Assembly: GCA_964627255.1 (NCBI GenBank)
Contig: CAZVIN010000007.1
Location: 3,051-67,050, forward strand
From: an uncultured Eubacteriales bacterium
GTDB lineage: Bacteria; Acidobacteriota; Aminicenantia; Aminicenantales; CALLJL01
Direction of reading: 5' to 3'
DNA length: 64,000 bases
Shown: in pieces, positions 39,916-50,171 of the stretch
Layout: every line of letters starts with the position of its first letter
Position numbering within the stretch: the first letter of the stretch is position 1
Program-made: the position numbers and the translations under genes
The notes under the pieces: model-generated
The model's input: only the letters and a program-made list of their open reading frames with translations
The model's database searches: none
Told to the model about the DNA's origin: nothing

Positions 39916-42225
39916 TTAGGCCGAAGGGTCAGAAGACGCGTCCGCTTCTTGCGGTTGGTAAGTATCTTCGCCCAGCTCAAGTTCTTTTTGCCCCGGTCTT
40001 TTCGAATAGAGAATAGCGGCCACTGTAATAGCGAGGAGAACGGCGGCGACTACGACCAGTCCCGGGGTTAATCTTTTATACTGAATGATTATGGGGGCAG
40101 CCAAGACGGAAACTAAGTTGATTACCTTGATCATCGGGTTAAGCGCTGGGCCAGAGGTGTCTTTGAGAGGGTCGCCGACAGTATCGCCGATAATGGCTGC
40201 TTTGTGGCAGGCAGAACCCTTTCCTCCATATAGACCGTCCTCGATAGTTTTTTTGGCGTTATCCCAAGCGCCGCCGGTGTTGGCCATGAACACAGCTAAC
40301 AGCTGGGCTGAAAGAATTGCTCCCGCTAAGAAACCTCCCAGGGCTTCCACTTGGAGAGTTAAACCAACGATAAGTGGCGCCAGGACGGCTAATAGGGCGA
40401 GGCCGATTAATTCTTTTTGAGCCGCTAAGGTGCAAATGGAAACAGCCCGGGCATAATCAGGTTTTACTCTGCCTTCCATCAACCCCGGAATCCGGAACTG
40501 CCGTCTTACTTCCATGACGATAAGGGAGGCCGCTCGGCTGACAGCGTTAATGGTTAAAGAAGAGAAGAGCCAGGGCACAGACCCGCCAATTAGTAAACCG
40601 ATAAGAACAATAGGAATATTGATTCTTATTCCCGTATGCAGTAATTGCTGCGCTTCATTTACGCCCAGTTGGGCCTGAACCTTAGTGACATCAGTTAAAT
40701 AAGAGCCGAAAAGGGCAACGGCGGCGATGACTGCCGAACCAATGGCTATCCCTTTCGTGATTGCTTTCGTCGTGTTGCCCACAGCATCAAGGTCAGCCAT
40801 TATTTTCCTGGCTTGCTTATCCAGACCGGCCATTTCGCCGATGCCGTTAGCATTGTCCACTATCGGACCGTAGGAATCCATGGCGACATTATTTCCAGTC
40901 AGCGTGAGCATGCCGATTCCCGTCATGGCTACTCCATAGAGGACAAAGGCGACGGGTTGACCCCAATAAATAAGTATGGCAGAAAGAATGGTGGCGGCAA
41001 TAACCAAAATGGCCCAGACGGTTGACTCCATGCCATGGGAGAGGCCAGAAAGGAGCAGGGTAGCGGCGCCAGTACGGGACCGCCGAGCAATTTCTTTGAC
41101 GGGGGCATAATGGGTGTGGGTGAAGTACTTGGTTAACTCATCAATGGCGATAGCTAAAATGATGCCGACCCCGACCGAAAGGAAAGCCCGCCATTCATGC
41201 ATGTAGAAATGGGCGAGGAAAGCAAAAAGGACGATACAAAGAACCGCCGAGGTATAGAAACCGCGATTAATCGCGGCCATGGCATTGCCTACCGCCTCAC
41301 CCTTCTTGCCTTTTACCTGATAAGTCCCAACGATCGAGGAGAAGACACCAATAGCTCGCACTAAGAGCGGGAAGATGATCCACTTGATTTCGCCCGTGAT
41401 GCCTACTAAAGCTAAACCTAAAATCAAGGCAGAAACGATAGTTACCTCGTAGCTTTCGAAGATATCAGCCGCCATGCCAGCGCAATCTCCCACATTATCG
41501 CCCACTAAGTCAGCCACAACAGCCGCATTACGCGGGTCGTCCTCGGGAATGTTTGCCTCAACTTTGCCCACAAGGTCGGCGCCAACGTCAGCGGCTTTGG
41601 TGTAGATGCCGCCGCCCACACGCATGAATAGAGCTAAAAGCGTACCGCCGAATCCAAAGCCCAAAAGAGCGTCCGGCGCCGCTTTCTGGAAGAAGATAAA
41701 GATTACTGTTCCTCCCAGGAGGCCAAGGCCGTCAGTCAACATGCCAGTAATCGTTCCCGCACGATAAGCAATCCGCAAGGCTTTATCAAAACTGGTTCGG
41801 GCGGCCGCAGCCACACGGACATTACCCTGAACAGCCATGCGCATTCCCAGCTGGCCGACGAGGAGCGAAAACATGGCTCCCAGAATGAAGGCGCCGGCCC
41901 GGCCCAGGCCCATGATTAACTTAACCCTTTCCGGCGAGAGGTTAGGGAAGCGCTCCAGGGCTTCGGAGGAGGGGGGCACAATATATACGCTAAAGAAAAG
42001 GGCAAAGGTAAGAAAAATGATAAGCGGGAGGATAGTCTTGAGCTGCCGAGTGAGATAGGCTTCCGCTCCCTGCCTGATGGCTTCCCAGATTTCGACCATG
42101 AGCGGGCTTCCCTTTTCTTCCGTCATAACCTCGCGACGGAGGAAAACCGCATAGCCAAGCCCAAGTAGGGCGATGAAGAGTATTGTCCAGAGAGCTATGG
42201 TCTCAAAAGAAGTTGCCGCTAACAT
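39916..42225 (-). CDS. hppA: K+-independent H+-translocating membrane pyrophosphatase
   Basis: 769 aa with GDNVGDCAG and DTVGDPLKDTSGPALNPMIKV motifs. GNTTKA (Lys rather than Ala) predicts K+-independence. Has a low-complexity acidic C-terminal tail. Confidence 0.95.
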   Translation of the reverse strand: MLAATSFETIALWTILFIALLGLGYAVFLRREVMTEEKGSPLMVEIWEAIRQGAEAYLTRQLKTILPLIIFLTFALFFSVYIVPPSSEALERFPNLSPERVKLIMGLGRAGAFILGAMFSLLVGQLGMRMAVQGNVRVAAAARTSFDKALRIAYRAGTITGMLTDGLGLLGGTVIFIFFQKAAPDALLGFGFGGTLLALFMRVGGGIYTKAADVGADLVGKVEANIPEDDPRNAAVVADLVGDNVGDCAGMAADIFESYEVTIVSALILGLALVGITGEIKWIIFPLLVRAIGVFSSIVGTYQVKGKKGEAVGNAMAAINRGFYTSAVLCIVLFAFLAHFYMHEWRAFLSVGVGIILAIAIDELTKYFTHTHYAPVKEIARRSRTGAATLLLSGLSHGMESTVWAILVIAATILSAILIYWGQPVAFVLYGVAMTGIGMLTLTGNNVAMDSYGPIVDNANGIGEMAGLDKQARKIMADLDAVGNTTKAITKGIAIGSAVIAAVALFGSYLTDVTKVQAQLGVNEAQQLLHTGIRINIPIVLIGLLIGGSVPWLFSSLTINAVSRAASLIVMEVRRQFRIPGLMEGRVKPDYARAVSICTLAAQKELIGLALLAVLAPLIVGLTLQVEALGGFLAGAILSAQLLAVFMANTGGAWDNAKKTIEDGLYGGKGSACHKAAIIGDTVGDPLKDTSGPALNPMIKVINLVSVLAAPIIIQYKRLTPGLVVVAAVLLAITVAAILYSKRPGQKELELGEDTYQPQEADASSDPSA

Positions 42226-42366
42226 CGTCTTCTCCTTAGGAAGAAATAAATCCGCCTTTCGTTAAATAGTTAAAATTGCGCATCAATCCCTGAGGCAAAA
42301 ATAGTCGCCATTTATAGCACATTATTCCCAAAAATTCAATTTAGCGTACATAAAATGTATAATTTT

Positions 42367-43686
42367 TTAATGCGAATTAATGATTTCCCCGCGTAGGCTA
42401 TAAGGACCAAAAGAGGTAATCCTGACTTTCACCATTTTGTTCGTGACTTCCTCGGCTGAAGAGAAGTTCACTACCTGATAAGCTTCGTTACGTCCGGAAA
42501 AAAGCTGGGGTGTTTTTGAGCTGCGGCCAAGGCAAAGAACATCCATGACCTGACCGACTAAGCCTGAATTGAGCTCCAGCTGGATTTTTTTCTGGAGATC
42601 TTGCACCTCGATTAAACGGCGGCGTTTGACCTCGAAGGGAACATCATCGGGAAGTCGGGAGGCCGCGGTAAAAGGCCGAGGCGAATAACGAAAAGAAAAG
42701 ATATTAGTAAAACGGACTGCCTCCAAAAGGCTTAGAGTGGCCTCGAAGTCATTTTCTGTCTCCCCGGGAAAGCCGACGATGATGTCGGTGGAAAGGCTAA
42801 TTCCTGGTACCAACTCTCGGAGTAGAGCGATTTTCTCCAGGTATTCCTCGCGGCTGTATCCCCTTTTCATCCTCTGGAGGATTCGATTTGAGCCTGATTG
42901 TACGGGGAGATGAATCTGGCGACAAATATTCTTCTCCTTGGCCATAACGAGACCGACCTCCTTAGTTAGGTCCTTTGGATGGGAGGTGATAAAACGAATC
43001 CAACAGATATTTTTAATCAGGGAAATATTTTGGAGCAATTCCGCCAAAGTCCAGCCTGTTTCTTGGTCATAATAGCTTGTTATGCTTTGTCCCAACAATT
43101 GAATTTCCAGATAGCCTTTTAGAGCCAGCTCTTCCACCTCTTTGAGGATGGCCCGGGCTGGCCGGTATTTTTCTCGGCCACGGGCGAAGGGCACGATGCA
43201 ATAGGAACAGAAATTGTTACAACCTTCCATCGCAGGAACATAAGCACTGACTGTACTTTCTCTGAGAATAAGAGGGGAAGGGTGTTCTCGCCATTGACTG
43301 GTCCAAGCCGTTAAGCTGGCTCTTTCGTCTCGATTAATAAGCTGAAGCAGCTCGGGATAATTATCGGGGCCAAGAATATAATCAATCACTGGGTGACCCT
43401 GAAGGAGCTCTTTAGAGTGAAGCTGGGCGACACAACCGACAACTGCCACCTTGAACGGCCTGTTTTTCTTAGTCTGTTTGAGCCTACCCAAGAGCGAAAA
43501 GAATTTTTCCACTGATTTGGCTCGGACGGCGCAGGTGTTGATAATAACCAGGTCGCTTTCTTCAACTGTCGCCACCTTTTGCCATCCTTGGCTCGCTAAT
43601 AATCCAGCAAGATGTTCAGAGTCGCTTTCGTTCATTTGACAACCGAAGGTATGGACAAAAAAGCGACGGGGAAGAGAAGTGACCAT
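42367..43686 (-). CDS. miaB: tRNA (N6-isopentenyl-A37) methylthiotransferase MiaB-family
   Basis: 439 aa. N-terminal MTTase domain FFVHTFGCQMNESDSE, radical SAM CNNFCSYC cluster, and a C-terminal TRAM domain. Confidence 0.88.
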   Translation of the reverse strand: MVTSLPRRFFVHTFGCQMNESDSEHLAGLLASQGWQKVATVEESDLVIINTCAVRAKSVEKFFSLLGRLKQTKKNRPFKVAVVGCVAQLHSKELLQGHPVIDYILGPDNYPELLQLINRDERASLTAWTSQWREHPSPLILRESTVSAYVPAMEGCNNFCSYCIVPFARGREKYRPARAILKEVEELALKGYLEIQLLGQSITSYYDQETGWTLAELLQNISLIKNICWIRFITSHPKDLTKEVGLVMAKEKNICRQIHLPVQSGSNRILQRMKRGYSREEYLEKIALLRELVPGISLSTDIIVGFPGETENDFEATLSLLEAVRFTNIFSFRYSPRPFTAASRLPDDVPFEVKRRRLIEVQDLQKKIQLELNSGLVGQVMDVLCLGRSSKTPQLFSGRNEAYQVVNFSSAEEVTNKMVKVRITSFGPYSLRGEIINSH

Positions 43687-44120
43687 TAGAGAAGCTCTTC
43701 TAAAATGTCTATGGAGGAACGAATGAGCTGCGGACAGACGGTCTGAAAAAGCCCTTTAGAATTTGCCAACTCATGTCCGCCCGGGCTTGATAAGTCAATG
43801 CCCAGGAGCTGCCAGCAAAGGAGGGAACCGTTTTTGGCTTGAAAAAGAGAAAAAAATTCTCGCGTCAGAGCATAAGTTTTTTCCCTTGCCGCGTCGTCTT
43901 CGGGCTTCACTTTGCCGTGTTTAAGACCTAAAACCAGCATAGCTCCCGTTACTGCGCCACAAGTCTGACCTGTCCTGGCCATTCCGCCCCCAAAAGCTTG
44001 AGCCAGACGAGAGGCCGATTCTTCGGAAAGGCCCAATTCGCAGGCAAAAGCCAGCAGAACCGATTGAGCGCAATTAAACCCAGTCTGAAAATGTGTCAAA
44101 GCTCTTTCCTGTCGTGTCAT
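43686..44120 (-). CDS. C_GCAxxG_C_C family (putative redox-active) protein
   Basis: 144 aa with a FNCAQSV ... TCGAVTGA ... CWQL ... VCPQL cysteine pattern matching the family. Confidence 0.6.
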   Translation of the reverse strand: MTRQERALTHFQTGFNCAQSVLLAFACELGLSEESASRLAQAFGGGMARTGQTCGAVTGAMLVLGLKHGKVKPEDDAAREKTYALTREFFSLFQAKNGSLLCWQLLGIDLSSPGGHELANSKGLFQTVCPQLIRSSIDILEELL

Positions 44121-44235
44121 TTCTTCCTCTGGTTAATGCCTAGTATATTTAATTTTTTTAATGTTCACTTTCTCTTAAATCACTTAAAAACGAGCCCAAT
44201 AAATAATCAATCGCCAATCAACGAAATAAACAAAG

Positions 44236-44358
<123 letters not shown>

Positions 44359-44529
44359 GCTTCCCTTGGGGCTCCTTGATTATTATATCAGCATCTCAAT
44401 TTGATTGCCTACTTATCTATTTGTTTGCTAACTTATTACTTTTCTTACTTGCTTACCTGATTTCTTATTAAAATCCTTAGTAGCTTATCTATTCCCCTTT
44501 TTATATTTACGATGATATAGAGCGATCCA

Positions 44530-46221
44530 TTAGCTATTGGCTTCTTCCCCCAAGTTATGGCGAAGCATTTCCCTGGCGTTCTGAAGAGAAGCAGGCGTGA
44601 TATGACTGCCTGAAAGTAGCCGGGCCATCTCTTTAACCCTTTCTTCAAAAGCAAGTTTCTTGACCGAGGTAAAGGTTCTGGCCCCTTCTACCCGCTTATC
44701 AATCCGAAAGTGATGACTGGCAAAAGAAGCTATTTGGGGTAAATGCGTGATGCAAATAACCTGATGCCGACGGGCTAAGGAACGCAATTTTTGGGCAATA
44801 AAATCAGCCGTCTTGCCGCCTATTCCAGAATCAATTTCGTCAAAAATTAGGGTTTTCCCGGCGGAGGCCTCTTTGCCGATGGCCTTAAGCGCCAGCATAA
44901 TTCGCGATAGTTCCCCGCCTGAAGCAATCCTGCGCAGCGGCCTTAATTCTTCTCCTGGGTTAGGACTAATTAAGAACTCAACCTCGTCCCAACCGCTTTC
45001 TTTAACTTGGTCGATACCATCTAACGAGCGGGGATGACTTGACACTTTAACCTCAAGGCGAGCCTGTTTCATCCCCAAGAGGGCGATTTCTTTTTCTAAA
45101 TGACGTTTGAGTTCCTTAGCTCCCTGCTGCCTCCGCTCAGAAAGAATTTGCGCTTTGTGCCGGTATTCTTCAAAAGTAGCCTCAATATCCCGGTTGAGGT
45201 CAATTAGTCTCTCTTCTGAACTGAGCAATTCTTCTCTTTCTTTTTCGCATTTTTGGAGATAATCTAAGATGGCTTGTATATCTCCGCCATATTTACGTTT
45301 AAGCTTCTCGAGTTGACTCAGCCTCTCTTCTATTTTTTCTAAACGGTCTGGGGCCGTTTCTTGTTGTTCGCGAAAGCGAAGCAGCCCCTCCACTGTTTCC
45401 CGGACCAAAATAGTTAAAGGCTCGAGGCTGCGGGCTAATTCTTGAAAATTAGAATCGAACTGACCTAATTCCTCCAGATAAGAGGAAAAACGTTGGAGTG
45501 ATGAGAGCAGAGAATTGTCTCCATAATAAGCCGTTTCCAAAGCTTTTTCACAAAGCAAGGCGATCTTGGTGGCATTTTTGAGTCGATGCCGCTCATTGAG
45601 CAACTCTTCCCACTCTCCAGGCCGCAAGTTAGCTCGCCTAATTTCTTCCACTTGGTAGGCCAAAAAATCAAGCCTTTTTTCTCTTTCTCTTTGCCTCTCT
45701 TCGATGGCCAATTTTTCTTCCCGCAGCGTTCTTAACCGGTGGCTAAGAGCAGCGACTTCCTGGCGAAGGGCCCATGCTTCTATGTAGTCATCGAGATAAT
45801 TTAAATGATTTTCGAGATAAAGAAGAAAGATGTGGTCGTTCTGGCCGTAAATATCCACCAGCTCGTCGGCAATTTCTTTAAGACGGCGGACGGGGACAAG
45901 GATCCCGTTGATGTAAGCCCGGCCAGCTCCGTCGGCCGTAATTGACCGCTGAAGAAAGATAGTCCCATCCTCAAGATAGGGCGCAACTGGCGAATCCGGG
46001 GAAACATTTTTCGCCTGGAAGACAGCCTCGACGGAAGCTTCTTTTTTCCCTGTCCTGATGACTTCGCTGGAAGCTCGCTCTCCCAGAAGAAGTTTAATTC
46101 CGTCAATGATAATCGATTTACCAGCTCCAGTTTCACCGGTAAGAATGGTAAACCCTGGAGATAACGAGAGCTCCAGGTCTTCAATCGTGGCTAAATTGCG
46201 GATGCGAAGCGAAACAATCAT
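44530..46221 (-). CDS. recN: DNA repair protein RecN
   Basis: 563 aa SMC-like protein with the N-terminal Walker A motif GETGAGKS, a central coiled coil and a C-terminal signature/Walker B region. Confidence 0.92.
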   Translation of the reverse strand: MIVSLRIRNLATIEDLELSLSPGFTILTGETGAGKSIIIDGIKLLLGERASSEVIRTGKKEASVEAVFQAKNVSPDSPVAPYLEDGTIFLQRSITADGAGRAYINGILVPVRRLKEIADELVDIYGQNDHIFLLYLENHLNYLDDYIEAWALRQEVAALSHRLRTLREEKLAIEERQREREKRLDFLAYQVEEIRRANLRPGEWEELLNERHRLKNATKIALLCEKALETAYYGDNSLLSSLQRFSSYLEELGQFDSNFQELARSLEPLTILVRETVEGLLRFREQQETAPDRLEKIEERLSQLEKLKRKYGGDIQAILDYLQKCEKEREELLSSEERLIDLNRDIEATFEEYRHKAQILSERRQQGAKELKRHLEKEIALLGMKQARLEVKVSSHPRSLDGIDQVKESGWDEVEFLISPNPGEELRPLRRIASGGELSRIMLALKAIGKEASAGKTLIFDEIDSGIGGKTADFIAQKLRSLARRHQVICITHLPQIASFASHHFRIDKRVEGARTFTSVKKLAFEERVKEMARLLSGSHITPASLQNAREMLRHNLGEEANS

Positions 46222-47594
46222 CCCTTCGCTTTTTTTATCTTGATTGGTACCAGAGCTTTCTCCATATTAACGCGACCGTAGCCAATAAAGTTATCTTTTC
46301 CCGGGTTTTGGGTAGCGTTGACATCATCGCAGGAATAACGAATGATGTCCATAATCTCCTTAGCTTTTAGCCAGGGCTTAAGGCTTTTAAGAAGAGCCGC
46401 TAAACCCGCCACATGAGGCGCGGCCATGGAGGTTCCAGAGCCATATCCATAAGGGAAAGAATCCGGACCAAAATACCACCGGGGAACTAAGCTGACAATC
46501 CTTACTCCCGGGGCGGCAACATCGACTTCAGGGCCATAATTGGACCACTCCGGCCTGGTGTCGTTATAATCAGTGGCGGCCACCGCTAAGCAATAGCCAT
46601 CATAAGCCGCTGGGTAGAGCACCGGGCCGCTGTCATTGCCGGTGGCGGCCACGACCACAACATTTTTTTCGTAGGCGTAGCGGAGCGCCTCCTTTAAAGT
46701 TTCTGAGGGTTCATCTCCGCCGATACTGAGATTAATTACTCCCACCTTGTTATCAGCAGCCCAGACGATGGCCTCGGCCACCCAGCTATAAAGACCTGAG
46801 CCTTCTTTATCGATGACTTTGACCGGTATAACTGGGCAGTTCCAGGCGACGCCAGCAATGCCCTCGTTATTATCGGTAGCGGCCGTAGCTATCCCCGCAA
46901 CATGGGTACCATGGCCGTGGTCATCAGTAGCGTCAAAATCATTATTAACCAGGTCACGGCCGCTGGAGCGTAATTTGTCCTTAATATCAGGATGAAGCAG
47001 GTCAATACCGCTATCAACGACGGCGATGACCACATCCTTAGAGCCCTTGGTTTCACTCCAGGCCTCGGGGGCGTGAATATCAGCTCGCTGTTTGCCCCGA
47101 GGACTCCCGGGTATGCCTATTTCCTGACCAGAATTATAAAGGGCATATTGGTATTTGAAATAAGTATCATTGGGGGTGACGGTTATTCTAACGTAACCAT
47201 TTGGTTCCGCGAATTCAACGTCAGGGTTGAGACGGAGCAATTCGACCATTTCTCTGACGCTCAATGAAGCTGGGACCTCAATTTGATTGACGTCGAGACG
47301 AGGTATTTTTTTCAAACGTCGCGTCCCATAGAGAGCAATAACGGCGTCGACTCCCGCTTCACTCAAGGTAGGTTTAAACTTGACCAGAACCTCGCCTTCT
47401 TTATAGCGTGGGGTAACAGGGTTAAACGGTTTGCCGGAGTTAAGCTCTGGCAAGTTACGGCTGAAAAATTCTCGCGGTGAGTTAAGTTCTGGTCGGCCTC
47501 TTTCTTGAGCTGGCTGGGGGGCTATCCCCGTAAGGAAGATTATGCTGATCGTTCCCGCCAAAAATATTGCTATATAACGATGAATCTTCATCAT
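46218..47594 (-). CDS. S8 family (subtilisin-like) serine peptidase, secreted, with N-terminal propeptide
   Basis: Signal peptide and an I9-like propeptide. Catalytic triad motifs AVVDSGID, HGTHVAG and GTSMAAPHVAG. Confidence 0.88.
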   Translation of the reverse strand: MMKIHRYIAIFLAGTISIIFLTGIAPQPAQERGRPELNSPREFFSRNLPELNSGKPFNPVTPRYKEGEVLVKFKPTLSEAGVDAVIALYGTRRLKKIPRLDVNQIEVPASLSVREMVELLRLNPDVEFAEPNGYVRITVTPNDTYFKYQYALYNSGQEIGIPGSPRGKQRADIHAPEAWSETKGSKDVVIAVVDSGIDLLHPDIKDKLRSSGRDLVNNDFDATDDHGHGTHVAGIATAATDNNEGIAGVAWNCPVIPVKVIDKEGSGLYSWVAEAIVWAADNKVGVINLSIGGDEPSETLKEALRYAYEKNVVVVAATGNDSGPVLYPAAYDGYCLAVAATDYNDTRPEWSNYGPEVDVAAPGVRIVSLVPRWYFGPDSFPYGYGSGTSMAAPHVAGLAALLKSLKPWLKAKEIMDIIRYSCDDVNATQNPGKDNFIGYGRVNMEKALVPIKIKKAKG

Positions 47595-47601
47595 AGCCTC
47601 C

Positions 47602-48378
47602 TTAGAAAGAGAAAATACCTCTGAGGTTTAAACTCCAGTCGCTGCCGCCCTTATGAGGTAAGTAAGCAGCTTGCCCGCGAAAGGAAAGATGCGAGGAAAA
47701 GATGAAGGTGGCGCCGGCGGAGAGCGAGAATTTAGCCTTAGCTTTAATTTCCTTAGTTTCTTCTCCCGTCAGATTCTCTATCAATTCTCTTAAAATGAAT
47801 TTCCCCGAAAGATAATTATATTGGACAGAAAGAAAGGGGATAAAGTTTTCATAACCCAAGTAGGCTAAAACTGGTCCAGCCGAAAGCTCGTGCCAGCTGG
47901 GAGTACTTTTGAGCTCGCCCTCAACCGCCAGGTCAGGGATGAGCCATTTTTTTTCGCTTCCACTGTAGCTCAAGAAACGGACTTGCCCGCCAACTCCAAA
48001 AGAATCAAAAGGGAAAACCTTGCTCACCTCGGCGCCAAACAATGTGCCTCCTAAGCCGCCTCCCTCGAATTCAATCGAAAACGGCAGCTGTCGGAAGATA
48101 AGACTTTTATAATTAGAAGAGGCATAGCCACCGATGAGAGAAAAAACATAACCGTCGGCAACCTCGGCTTCTAAGCGGAGAGCGGTGAAATAAGAATTAA
48201 GCGGTGTGACTGATTGGGCCTCATCCCAGGTAATATCGCGCTTGAAAATTTCTGCCTCCACACCCAAGCGAAATTGGAAACGAAACGGTTCGGTTGGTGT
48301 CGTCTGCTGGGCGGTAACCAAAGACACCGAACTAAAAAGAAAGAGCCAAAAGAAAAGCACGGTAATAATTTTTTTCAT
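47602..48378 (-). CDS. Outer membrane beta-barrel protein (hypothetical)
   Basis: Signal peptide, alternating amphipathic strands, C-terminal ...GIFSF with a terminal Phe. Confidence 0.6.
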   Translation of the reverse strand: MKKIITVLFFWLFLFSSVSLVTAQQTTPTEPFRFQFRLGVEAEIFKRDITWDEAQSVTPLNSYFTALRLEAEVADGYVFSLIGGYASSNYKSLIFRQLPFSIEFEGGGLGGTLFGAEVSKVFPFDSFGVGGQVRFLSYSGSEKKWLIPDLAVEGELKSTPSWHELSAGPVLAYLGYENFIPFLSVQYNYLSGKFILRELIENLTGEETKEIKAKAKFSLSAGATFIFSSHLSFRGQAAYLPHKGGSDWSLNLRGIFSF

Positions 48379-48388
48379 CCTTGCCTCC

Positions 48389-49204
48389 TCAGGATTTTTT
48401 AGTCGGATTGGCCAAGCTGATTTCTCGCAGACGTTCCTGAGCTTTTTTTGCTAAGGGACTCCGGGGATAATCGCTGACTACTTTGGTGAAATAGGGAAGG
48501 CTTTCCTCTTTTTTTCCCCATTTGTAATAGGAATCAGCCAGATAAAAATAAACTTTATCTAAGCGAGAGTAATTGGGGAAAGTGGTTAAAATTTCCTGAA
48601 AGCGAGTGGTCGAGGCTTTAAAAGCCGAGGTTTTATAATAAAAATAAGCAATGGTGAAATTGTGCTCTGCCAATCTTTCTTCGCATTCTTGAATCCTCTT
48701 CTGCGCTTCCTTAGCTTCTTCGCTGGCTGGATAAAGGGCGACTACCTTTTTAAACTCAGCTAAGGCCTGCCAGGTTTTAGTTTGGTCACGGCCTGGTTTG
48801 AGGGCTTTAAGAAAATAGGTCATGGCAATTTTGAACTGGGCGTAAGAAGCTGAAGGGCTGTAAGGATAGAGAGAAATGAATTCTCGGTATTCGGCCGCGG
48901 CCAGAATCATGCTGCCTTCGTCGCCTTTGGTGAAATAAGAATCAGCAATCGCCAGTTTAGCCCTTTGGGCATAAAAGCTCTTAGGAAAGGAATCAATTAC
49001 CTGCCGAAAATAAAGCCTGGCTTTCTCCGGGTCCTTTTTTAAATACTGCTGGCCTAATTTAAAAAGAGCTTCGTCGGAGGAGGCGATGTCAGGGGAAATC
49101 TCCGTGGTTTTTTTCCCGCAGCTGATGAGGAGTAACAGCAAGCTAAGAGCAAGGCCGAAAACAACCATCAATTTCTCTTTTTTCTGACTGGTATCGACTC
49201 TCAT
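48389..49204 (-). CDS. bamD: Outer membrane protein assembly factor BamD-like TPR lipoprotein
   Basis: Lipobox LLISC and TPR repeats across the mature protein (YfiO/BamD architecture). Confidence 0.7.
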   Translation of the reverse strand: MRVDTSQKKEKLMVVFGLALSLLLLLISCGKKTTEISPDIASSDEALFKLGQQYLKKDPEKARLYFRQVIDSFPKSFYAQRAKLAIADSYFTKGDEGSMILAAAEYREFISLYPYSPSASYAQFKIAMTYFLKALKPGRDQTKTWQALAEFKKVVALYPASEEAKEAQKRIQECEERLAEHNFTIAYFYYKTSAFKASTTRFQEILTTFPNYSRLDKVYFYLADSYYKWGKKEESLPYFTKVVSDYPRSPLAKKAQERLREISLANPTKKS

Positions 49205-49229
49205 AGTTTCACTCTCTAAGGCTTTTCTT

Positions 49230-50171
49230 CTATTCGTATAGTTTTTTTATCCAGTCCCATTCTTGGCGTAAGCCTTCTTTCAGGTCGGTTTGGGGGTTAT
49301 AACCCAAAGCCGCGCTCGCTTTGTCGATAGAAGCCAAGGTATGCGGAACATCACCCTTCTGGGGCTCGAACCATTGAAGCCGCGCCTTTTTGCCCGCGAT
49401 TTCCTCCATTAACAGAATAACTTGGGCCAATTCTTTTTGATGGCCACCACCTATATTATAAGTTTCACCAACCCGGCCTCGTTTCAAAGCCAGGAGATTA
49501 GCCTCGACAATATCGGCGATGAAAGTAAAATCGCGGGTTTGATGGCCATCACCATAAATCGTAATAGTTTCGTCTTTCAAGAGAGAGAGAAAAAACTTGT
49601 GGAAGGCCATATCTGGCCTTTGGCGGGGCCCATAAACCGTAAAGAAACGGAGGGAAATAGTCGGGAGACCATAGTTTTTAAAATAAAGAAAACAGAGCTG
49701 TTCCGAAGCTAATTTGGTTACGCCATAAGGAGAAATGGGAAGAACAGCGCTGGTTTCGAACATCGGGAAAGAAGGACTTATACCATAAACTGAAGAGGAA
49801 GAAGCGAAGATAAACCTGGCAAGCGGCTTATTCTTGGTTGCCTCCAGCAGTTTCTGGGTAGCTTGAATATTATTCTTGAGATAATCAGCAAAATTCTTTC
49901 CCCAGCTCGTCCTCACTCCCGCCTGGGCCGCTAAATGGAAGATCACTTCGACCCCAGCCAGCAGCGAATCCAAGTCAACTTGGCTCAAATCTGCTTCTCT
50001 TAATTGAAAGCGCGGATGGTTAAGAAAGGCTTGAAGATTTCTTTCTTTTATCCAGCGGGGATAAAAATCGGTAAAGCAATCAACGCCGACTACCTCATAA
50101 CCTTCTTCGAGAAGGCGTTCGGCGAGGTGAGAACCGATGAAACCAGCAACCCCGGTTACCAAACACTTCAT
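49230..50171 (-). CDS. NAD-dependent epimerase/dehydratase (extended SDR)
   Basis: 313 aa with VTGVAGFIGSHL and the catalytic YGVTK. Confidence 0.8.
   Translation of the reverse strand: MKCLVTGVAGFIGSHLAERLLEEGYEVVGVDCFTDFYPRWIKERNLQAFLNHPRFQLREADLSQVDLDSLLAGVEVIFHLAAQAGVRTSWGKNFADYLKNNIQATQKLLEATKNKPLARFIFASSSSVYGISPSFPMFETSAVLPISPYGVTKLASEQLCFLYFKNYGLPTISLRFFTVYGPRQRPDMAFHKFFLSLLKDETITIYGDGHQTRDFTFIADIVEANLLALKRGRVGETYNIGGGHQKELAQVILLMEEIAGKKARLQWFEPQKGDVPHTLASIDKASAALGYNPQTDLKEGLRQEWDWIKKLYE

Noticed and set aside
39792-39980. 62-aa ORF between hppA and nusA as a possible rimP
   Set aside because: It overlaps the hppA 3' end by 65 nt and the nusA start by 20 nt, and shows no similarity to RimP. 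Likely spurious.
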